Notes under the pieces: model-generated
What the model was told of the DNA's origin: nothing
The model's database searches: none
What the model saw: only the letters and a program-made list of their open reading frames with translations
NCBI RefSeq assembly: GCF_006345805.1
Contig: NW_021824223.1
Span: 1 to 19,921, forward strand
Source: Octopus sinensis
Lineage: Eukaryota
DNA length: 19,921 bases
Direction: 5' to 3'
Program-made: the position numbers and the translations under genes
In this document: piece after piece, positions 11,608 through 19,921 of the stretch
How positions within the stretch are numbered: position 1 is the first letter of the stretch
Layout: every line of letters begins with the position of its first letter

Positions 11608-12003
11608 AGGCGCAGGAGTGGCCGTGTGGTAAGTAGCTTGCTAACCAACCACATGGTTCCAGGTTCAGTCCCACTGCGTGGCACCTTGGGCAAGTGTCTT
11701 CTGCTATAGCCCCGGGCCGACTAATGCCTTGTGAGTGGATTTGGTAGACGGAAACTGAAAGAAGCCCGTCGTATATATGTATATATATATATATATGTGT
11801 GTCTGTGTTTGTCCCCCTAGCATTGCTTGACAACCGATGCTGGTGTCTTTACGTCCCCGTCACTTAGCGGTTCGACAAAAAAGACCGATAGAATAAGTAC
11901 TGGGCTTACAAACAATAAGTCCCGGTGTCGATTTTATCGACTAAAGGCAGTGCTCCAGCATGGCCGCAGTCAAATGACTGAAACAAGTAAAAGAGTAAAG
12001 AGT
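11608..12003 (+). mobile_element. tRNA-derived SINE family B, full length, young-looking
   Basis: A-box-like tggccgtgtgg, B-box ggttcagtcc, internal (AT)n at about 11772-11797, GTCGAT-TTT-ATCGAC hairpin at 11927-11941, short tandem tail gtaaaagagtaaagag. Confidence 0.92.
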
Positions 12004-12090
12004 ATATATATGTATATATATATATATATATATATGCACAAACACAGTGAAATAGACATACGTACAACACTCATATATATGTATGTATGC

Positions 12091-12123
<33 letters not shown>

Positions 12124-12196
12124 GGATATATGTGTATATATATAAGTATATATAAGTATATATATATATCAGAATACATGTGTGTTATTATGTATG

Positions 12197-12235
<39 letters not shown>

Positions 12236-12270
12236 ATATATTGGAAGGTTTGGAGATGATGTACAGGTAT

Positions 12271-12548
<278 letters not shown>

Positions 12549-13033
12549 CAATATATGTTTCTATGTATGTATGTATGCATACGTGGACAGGTATACATAC
12601 ATAAATCGATATAAGGACACTGAGTGCTCATATACTTATTATAGAGTAGTGAATCGCTAACAAGTAGTAACAATGCTTCTATACATACTTATCAAGTTAA
12701 ACCGTTATTCCCGACGCATTTTTATACACTCTCACTCACTCACTCACTCACTCGGTCACTCAATCTGTCTGTGTGTGTGTTTGTGCGTGTGTGTGTATCT
12801 CTCTCTTTCTCCCCGTTTTTCTCTTTTACATCCCTTTTTGTCGAAGAGCATAGGCTTGAAATATCGAAGATGCTTCCAATCTCCCCCAGCGTCAAACTAG
12901 TTCTACAACTGCTACCTTTGTTTTTCGTTTTCTGTACTTTTGAAATATGCACACACAACCACGCACACACACACACAAACACACACACAAACACACAGAG
13001 ATAAACACGCATATACGTGTATATGTGTGTCTG

Positions 13034-13075
<42 letters not shown>

Positions 13076-13139
13076 ATATTATATATATATATCTATATAC
13101 ATGTATATATATGTAGGGAGAATTCACAAAAGATAAAAA

Positions 13140-13310
13140 GATGAAGACAAGTGGTGTAGACAACAAACATATGTATTACTTTAACGCTCGGGACGTTGAA
13201 AAAGTCTTTAACGTTTCGAGCCTACGCTCTTCAAAAGAAAAGAACACAGAAATAAGAATAGAGAGAAAAAAATAAATTTGTAGTGGTTAGTGATCTATCA
13301 TGGCAAATAC
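13140..13310 (-). mobile_element. Putative Penelope-like terminal-repeat fragment with degenerate minimal hammerhead motif
   Basis: Minus strand reads CTTTTGAA-GAGC-gtag-GCTC-GAAA-CGT-TA (13237-13209) with palindromic AACGTT. This is the layout of PLE minimal hammerheads, but the CUGANGA core is mutated. Confidence 0.55.
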
Positions 13311-14073
13311 GGATGTGTGTGTGTATGTGTGTGTGTGTGTGTGTTTGTGTGCGTGTGTGTTGTCTTGGTTAAGATATTGCAAGATTATTACTTCCATTCT
13401 TGGATTGATGCAAGACTTCTTTTCAGGTTACACGACTCCACTCAGGTGTAAAAAGACAAGTAATCATGTGACGGGCATGTTTCCTGTACAGCGGTTGATT
13501 ATACACATTAAACAATCCATAAAATTGAGCATATACTACGAATCTTTGAAACCTTTCATACATACACACACAAACACACACACACACGTACTCATACCAC
13601 TTACACACAAACATCTATCTATCAATCTATTAATCTATCTGTGTATCTTTCTCTCTGTGTGTGCATGCATGTATGTATGTATGTATGTATGTATATATAT
13701 ATATATTGTGTGTGTGTGTGAGTGTGTGTGTGCGTGTGTGTACAGTTTACAAATTACAGACAGGTATTCTCTGTATAAAATTCAGTTCGTAGTGCTCAAG
13801 AGATTTAAATTTGAGCAGGTAGAGCAGTTAATATCTATTGTATATCGACTTGCTTAACTTGCTAGTCTCTACATTCACACATACACGCACACACGCGCAC
13901 CTTAGTTTTGGGATGACCAATACTTTATCATCCGACATTCTTTCTATCTTTTTTTGTCAAACCTTTCTTTGCAATTGCTTCTCTGTAAATCTAATATATA
14001 ATATCGAAATGTATATGCATTCGCTTTTCACGCGAAAACGGCTTCACCAATTGCTTCCATACTTGTGTGTGTA

Positions 14074-15080
14074 TCTTTATATATATAAAACTGAGAATGT
14101 CTGTCTGTCTGTCTGTCTGTCTGTGTGTTTCCCTAAAACTTGAGAACTACACAACCAATTTCATTCAAATTTTACACATGCCTTACTTAGGGTCCATGTA
14201 GTTTCATGGGCAAAAAAGAAAATGTTCAACTTCTTGCCTAGAGCGAGCCCACAGCGATATCATATCTTCTCCACTATTTCAGTATTACGTGTTAAAAGTG
14301 AAACAAAAACGTTTCTCTATTTTATGTCAGATACTTTCACTTTAGCAATAAAAATAATAATAACAATTGAATTATATGTAGTAAGTAATAATTAAAATCG
14401 AACTAAAGTAACATGACAAAAGTAAAAATAGCAATTGGTATAAAATTGCATCAATGATTTGAACTTGAATAAGTGGCTTCACATGAATGAGAATAAATTA
14501 AAAATAAGATTAGCGTGCAGAAATGGAATAGTCCAGATGGATAATAAAAAAATTAAATTAACGAAAAGACTAAGAGAAAAAAGAAGATTTGAACACATGG
14601 AGGAAAGCACCTTCGAAAAGTGTCTTGGTGCGATTATGAAAGGTATCTAATCAGAGGCGGTAAATTCGCCACAATAGAAGCAAGGTTCGAGTCAACGGAG
14701 CGTGCAAGGGAGTACTCGACTCGAACTTGCTAAGTGGAAATATTTTATCTTTACCTTTATATCTGGGACGTAGGACGTCCCGGAAAAAAAATTAAAATGC
14801 CCCTCCCCGAAGTAGAGGTAGGCTGGATTGTAGTCACACTTCTATATAAGAGGGAGGACAAGATACAATTGATCGAAATTACAAGAGACGGGCTAACAAT
14901 TCCAGTCTGTTATATATTTTGAGTATTGTTATCACTAGCGATATCAAGATATAACTTTGTATTTTGTATTTTATGTGTAGATGTATATATATAGATGTAC
15001 ATGTAATATGTACACATATATATACACATATATACATGCACTAGCACTATGACCCGGCAACGACGGGTCTTTAATTCTAG
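14074..15080 (+). mobile_element. Non-autonomous Helitron-like element (about 1.0 kb) with cargo
   Basis: A|TCtttatatatataaaactg 5' end shared with the 8732-9126 element, followed by (TCTG)n. 3' hairpin GACCCG-gcaacga-CGGGTC (15051-15069), 7-nt spacer, CTAG|T. That the two ends belong to one element is inferred. Confidence 0.78.
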
Positions 15081-15093
15081 TATATATATATAT

Positions 15094-15254
15094 AAAATAC
15101 AAAATGGGACAAGAACGCAAAACATCCAGACAGCTAGGTGATACAAAAAGGGACAACAAAACATCGAGATAGACGATACAAAGAAAACAAGGACAAGTAA
15201 TTCGGAGTTTTGTATCTTTAGTCAAGAAACAGATTATCCTCACAATTTCGGCTT
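15094..15254 (-). mobile_element. Interspersed repeat family D, copy 3 (3' part)
   Basis: Reverse complement reads gccgaaattgtgaggataatctgtttcttgactaaagat...ccgaattacttgtccttgtttt...tcgtct...cgttcttgtccc, matching 3086-3200. Confidence 0.7.
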
Positions 15255-15388
15255 ATATATATATATATATTGAATAGAGACAAACAGACAAATAGATTGA
15301 TAGAAAGATAGAAAGATATATGAGTATATATCTTTATACGTATGTATATATATTTACACACACACACACACTATATATATATATATAT

Positions 15389-15429
<41 letters not shown>

Positions 15430-15697
15430 CAATACATACATACATACATACATACATACATACATACATACATACATACATACATAATACATACATATAA
15501 GAGAGAGAAAGAGTGAGAGGGAGAGAGAGCGAAAGAATGAGAAATAGATCGATATATAGACTATAAATTAAAATTGATCGATAAATAGATGGTAAATACG
15601 ATATTATTGCCAAAAATATGCATAATATATTCATCAGAAAGCGAGAAACTTTCCATGCAGCAATTGGTTAACCACTGAGTACATCGTGTTTTTTTTT

Positions 15698-15850
15698 AGT
15701 TGTTTCAGTTACTGGACTTCGGATATACCGGGGCATCTCCTTGAAGGGTTTTTGTCGAACCACATGCTTACGAGGACGTAAACAAACCAACGCTAATTCC
15801 CAAGACATGGTAGGGGAAGGCACCAGTCTAAAAAGACACATACACATATA
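15698..15850 (-). mobile_element. SINE family B, diverged 3' half
   Basis: ttgtttcagt...gaaccacatgcttacgaggacgtaaac matches the reverse complement of 11800-12000. Confidence 0.65.
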
Positions 15851-15889
15851 TACATAAACATATATGTTAATATGTATATATAAATTATA

Positions 15890-16284
15890 CTTATAGCAGT
15901 ATCGCCCGGGGTTTGTCTCAGTCTGGTTTGTAAGGGAAATAACTATAAAGCATTTTAAGAGAGTTATAGCCCAAAAAAATAGCAAAAAAAATGGAAAAAA
16001 AATGATGGTAAATATTTTTTTTAGTTAAAAAAACAGGTGGAGTTTGCGTCCCCTAGACGGTCTGTGTTTGGGTTTCTCATTCTCGACCCCATGTCGAATT
16101 TATCGATTTTTTTCAGAACTGGGGGAACTTTTCAAAATTTTCGCCTGCGTTAGTTTTGAATTATGACATTGGGCTAATGGTGTGTATTCATCAGAATCGG
16201 TTGAAAGCCGTGGTCAGGGTGAGGGTACGAGAAAACAGAACACAGAAACACGCACAGACAAACTGCCGTTTATATAGAGAGAGA
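15890..16284 (-). mobile_element. Non-autonomous Helitron-like element (about 395 bp), damaged 3' end
   Basis: Minus-strand 5' end A|TCtctctctatataaacggcagtttgtctg. The 3'-terminal 130 bp are nearly identical to 8732-8870 (tagcagtatcgcccgg...gtttgtaagggaaataactata), but the hairpin and CTAG are disrupted. Confidence 0.72.
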
Positions 16285-16452
16285 TATATTATGTAAGTGT
16301 ATACATATATATTCATATATATGTGGTGTGTGTGTCTGTATGTGTGCGTACAGAGAAATAGAGAGAAAGAGAAAGAGAAAGATAAAAAGAAAGAGAAAGG
16401 AAGATAGATAGATAGATAGATATATAAGTAGATAGATACATAGATATATAAG

Positions 16453-16568
<116 letters not shown>

Positions 16569-16617
16569 CACACACACAAACACGCATACACTTATGTATA
16601 TATACATATTCATATAT

Positions 16618-16718
16618 GCGACGGTCTTCTACACAGATTCTACCTACCGAATTCATTCCCAATACATTTCACGGCCAGGCGAGACGACACTTGCCCAAGT
16701 TGCCGGGCAGTGAGATTT
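16618..16718 (-). mobile_element. SINE family B fragment (head region)
   Basis: cgacggtcttct...ctaccgaattcattcccaa...gacacttgcccaagttgcc..gcagtg matches the reverse complement of 11665-11771. Confidence 0.65.
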
Positions 16719-16731
16719 ATTCTGAAAGCAG

Positions 16732-16796
16732 ACGGTGTGTCTGCTACTTCTAAACTAACTCTGTAGGAGTCATTTTAGAAGTAGCAGACACACCGT
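16732..16796. other. 65-nt hairpin with perfect 23-bp stem (pre-miRNA-sized)
   Basis: acggtgtgtctgctacttctaaa (16732-16754) / tttagaagtagcagacacaccgt (16774-16796). The loop contains an actc/gagt mini-stem. The structure is certain, the function unknown. Confidence 0.85.
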
Positions 16797-16850
16797 GTGA
16801 TTTCACTGGCCAGGACTTGCAGAGCTTCAGTGTTTCACACACGTCTGTAT

Positions 16851-16889
<39 letters not shown>

Positions 16890-16904
16890 CGTGTCTCCAT
16901 AGTT

Positions 16905-17130
16905 ACCTGTTTTACCAAACCGCTAAGTTACGAGAAATGAAACACCATTATCTCTTGTCAGGCGCTTGTGAGAACAAGCAGGCACAAAGACACACACGCT
17001 CACATACACATACACAACTCGCTTCACACATATATACAACGGGTTTCCTTCCAGTTTCCCTCTACCAAATTCCCTAGCAAGGCTATGATCATCCCGAGTC
17101 TAAAGAAGGAGATCGCCCCAGCTTCCACGC
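16905..17130 (-). mobile_element. SINE family B, old diverged partial copy
   Basis: ccgctaagttacg...aaacacc...ttgtcaggcg and caacggg...cagtttccctctaccaaat match the reverse complement of the 11608 copy. Confidence 0.65.
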
Positions 17131-17224
17131 TGTTATTGATGATAGGCTGATAGCTGTTGTCATTAAAGATATAGAGCAAACGATAAGTTCTCATTGGTGG
17201 TCAAGTTCGCTCACGTATTGACAG

Positions 17225-17276
17225 ACACCAAATGTATGTATGTATGTTTGTATGTATGTATGCATGTGTCTGTGCG

Positions 17277-17307
<31 letters not shown>

Positions 17308-17370
17308 TGTGTGGTGTGTGTGTGTGTGTCTGTGTCTGTGTGTGTCTGTGTGTGTGTGTGTGTGTGTGTA
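17225..17370. repeat. (TATG)n/(TG)n compound microsatellite
   Basis: Direct reading. Confidence 0.95.
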
Positions 17371-17931
17371 ATAATGCACTGTCTTCAGACGTAGAGCCGT
17401 TAGTTATCGTAGCCCAATTTAGCAACCGTTTGACTGCTTGTTACTAAATTGCTTCAACTGACTTCTTAGCGGCTCCATACTTGCAATTCACCGGGGAACG
17501 GAATGAAAGTCAACATGAAGCTTCAATGGTTCATAACTACAAACTGATGGGAAATCGTGGATAGACAAAATGGAATCCTACTGAAAATAGTGACAGAAAA
17601 ATGATAGAAGCAATAACAACAAATCAAATACAGTTTTCACTTACTTGATATTAAATAGTACAATATTCACAGTATTCAGAAAGAAACAGAGAATGCCCCT
17701 GAGTAGTATCTTTTTTTTTGTATGAATTGTAAGGAACTGGTTGCCCAATGCCTTGTGGAATTATGATTTCAGAAATCTTTGGCGACAATGGAAAATTATA
17801 GATTCCGGTGATGTGATTTGAATGAGATTATAACGAGTCAGATACTATCCACAAACCAGTGTCCAGTGGTCTACAACACCAACACAACGAAACAACACTT
17901 CTTCAGCTTATATATATACACGCGCCGCAGA

Positions 17932-17984
<53 letters not shown>

Positions 17985-18693
17985 CTGTATATACATAAAT
18001 ACTGATAGATACATGTATATACATATACATATATATTATATAAATGCATGTGCTTAAATGTGTTTGTATTTTTAGTAACCACTTGACGCTTATCCCTCGC
18101 CATCACTTTTATTGCATCTGTTAGTTTTTCTTCTTCCTCCTTATCCTTATCTTCCAAATCTAGCTCCTCCTTATCTTTTATCAACATCCTTGACTTACAC
18201 TTCGGCTAAAAGGTTCACTTTTCCGCTATATCCTAACTGTATAACCAATCCTTCAGCCGAAGCAATCCTCTCTCTCAGCCATCCGGGTTCCTCCTGGAGA
18301 AACCAATCCAAATCCCGCCCCACCGCACGCACGCAAAGATGCATACACATACATGTGGAAATACGCATACACGCGCACACACACACACACACCCTCACCT
18401 TTCATATCCGCTGCAATATATTCAATATATGTCACCAGCACAAGCACCGTTATTCCTGCAGCTGCTGTTGGACCATTCCGGACAATCCCTGAAGAGTGCC
18501 TCGTCTCTTCCTCCTTGTTCTGATTCCCCATTTTCGTCAATCTTCGCCAAATCATCTCCCGTCTACTCCACCAGCTTCCACCTGCAACCACTTTCTCACT
18601 TTTGCTTTATCTTTCTTCGAAATCTCCATCTACTCCTCTCTGCTACAGTGACACGTTCTCGCTTAATCTATTCTACCTTCCTCTCTATACATA

Positions 18694-19020
18694 TGAAGAG
18701 GCGCGTTGCTTGGTGGTTAGGTTATTCAGCTCACGATCATAGGGCCCCGAGTTCAATTCCTGGCTGTGCGTTATCTCCTCAGGCAAGACACTTTATTTCA
18801 CCTTATTGCTCCAGCCCACTCAGCTGGCAAATATGAGCTGTACCTGTATTTAAAAAGGCCAACTTTGGGACATTCTGTCTCGAGCTGAATCTTCCTGACG
18901 ACTACGTTAAAGGTACACGTGTCTATGGAGTACTCAGCCACTTACACATTAATTTCATAATCCGGCTGTTCTGTTGTTCAGATCCACTGGAAAACTTGTC
19001 ATCGTAAGCGACGAAGTGCT
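18694..19020 (+). mobile_element. SINE family A, near full length
   Basis: A-box-like ttgcttggtgg, B-box gagttcaattcc, body caagacactttatttcac...ccactcagctggcaaa. Collinear with 7995-8306. Confidence 0.92.
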
Positions 19021-19024
19021 AATT

Positions 19025-19375
19025 ATGGTGAAGAAGCTCGCTTCATAACCTGGAGTTTTAGTTTCACTCCCACTTCGCGGTACCTTGCGCTACGGTCTTC
19101 AACTATAGCCTCGAAACAACCAATGCCTGGAGAGAGAATTTGGTTGATGGAAACTTTGTGGAAGCCGACCTACATAAAACTATATATATGTGAGCGTCTT
19201 TGTGTTGTCAGCCACAAATTTTGGGAAACCTTGTCAGTTTGTTTACGTCCCCGCAAAATAGCAGTTCAAAGAGAAACGGGTAAAATACGTAGCAGACTGC
19301 AGAAACTATTGGTCCGGCTATACCCTTAAAGGTAGTGCTCCAGCATGGCTGCAGTAGCATAGGATGAAACGTGAA
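19025..19375 (+). mobile_element. SINE family B, diverged near-full-length copy abutting SINE A
   Basis: ggtaccttg...gtcttcaactatagcctcg...tttggttgatggaaact...gtttacgtccccg...aaaggtagtgctccagcatggctgcag, collinear with 11608-12003. Confidence 0.8.
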
Positions 19376-19496
19376 GGATATTGATAGATTTACATGTATA
19401 CACAGACACGGATATACACATAAGACATATGATATACATACAATAGATAGATAGATACATAGATAGATTGATAGATAGACAGACATATATATACAT

Positions 19497-19561
<65 letters not shown>

Positions 19562-19563
<2 letters not shown>

Positions 19564-19568
19564 TAGAT

Positions 19569-19640
<72 letters not shown>

Positions 19641-19690
19641 TGATAGATAGATAGAGAGATAGATAGAGAGATAGATAGAGAGATAGAGAG
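19562..19690. repeat. (GATA)n microsatellite
   Basis: Direct reading. Confidence 0.95.
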
Positions 19691-19825
19691 AGCGAGGGAG
19701 GGAGGGATAGAGATCAAGAGACAGAGAAAAAGATAGATATTTGTAAGTATGCTTGTCTGTGTGTCTTTGAGTCTGCGTTTGTCCCCCACCCCACCCCACA
19801 GATTGACAACCAGTGTTCGTATTGT

Positions 19826-19921
19826 TTCTCTTTTATTTCTTTCTGTCATTTGACTGCGGCCATACTGTAGCACCGCCTTGAAAAATTTTAGTCGAATGAA
19901 TCGACTTGAGTAGTTTTTTTA
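19826..19921 (-). mobile_element. SINE family B 3' tail (runs off the window edge)
   Basis: gtcatttgactgcggccatactgtagcaccgcctt matches the reverse complement of 11943-11980 with few substitutions. GTCGA-atgaa-TCGAC hairpin at 19891-19905. Confidence 0.85.

Noticed and set aside
11608-11680. tRNA-like A/B boxes (also at 7995, 18694 and 890)
   Set aside because: They do not fold into a full cloverleaf and continue into SINE bodies, so they are SINE heads rather than tRNA genes.
17480-17545. Possible very old SINE C remnant on the minus strand
   Set aside because: Similarity (gaaagtcaac, tacttg) is too weak to call by eye.
19784-19798. C-run clusters (also about 996-1010) as potential G-quadruplexes
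   Set aside because: Only three clean G-runs, lying in variable SINE linker sequence.

Overview
Eukaryotic, very AT-rich, microsatellite-saturated non-coding DNA. The repeat families look like those I recall from octopus (coleoid cephalopod) genomes; this is an inference, not a database result. No protein-coding gene, rRNA, tRNA or CRISPR array can be supported, and almost all ORFs in the supplied track are artefacts of (AT)n, (GT)n, (TACC)n and (GATA)n tracts. Four things are clearly present. (i) Many tRNA-derived SINE copies from three families, labelled A, B and C here, including a nested insertion with a perfect 17-bp target-site duplication. (ii) Three non-autonomous Helitron-like elements with TC 5' ends and mix-and-match termini. 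Two have the full A|TC...hairpin...CTAG|T signature, and one of these carries about 460 bp of decayed coding-like cargo and a double-ended CTAG-hairpin-CTAG terminus. (iii) Four long, near-perfect fold-back palindromes with 23-65 bp arms. (iv) Several short repeats with degenerate hammerhead-ribozyme-like cores, which suggest Penelope-like element (PLE) termini. I found no convincing new multi-gene system. The best leads are the modular Helitrons, the fold-back/hammerhead-remnant elements and a pre-miRNA-sized perfect hairpin.
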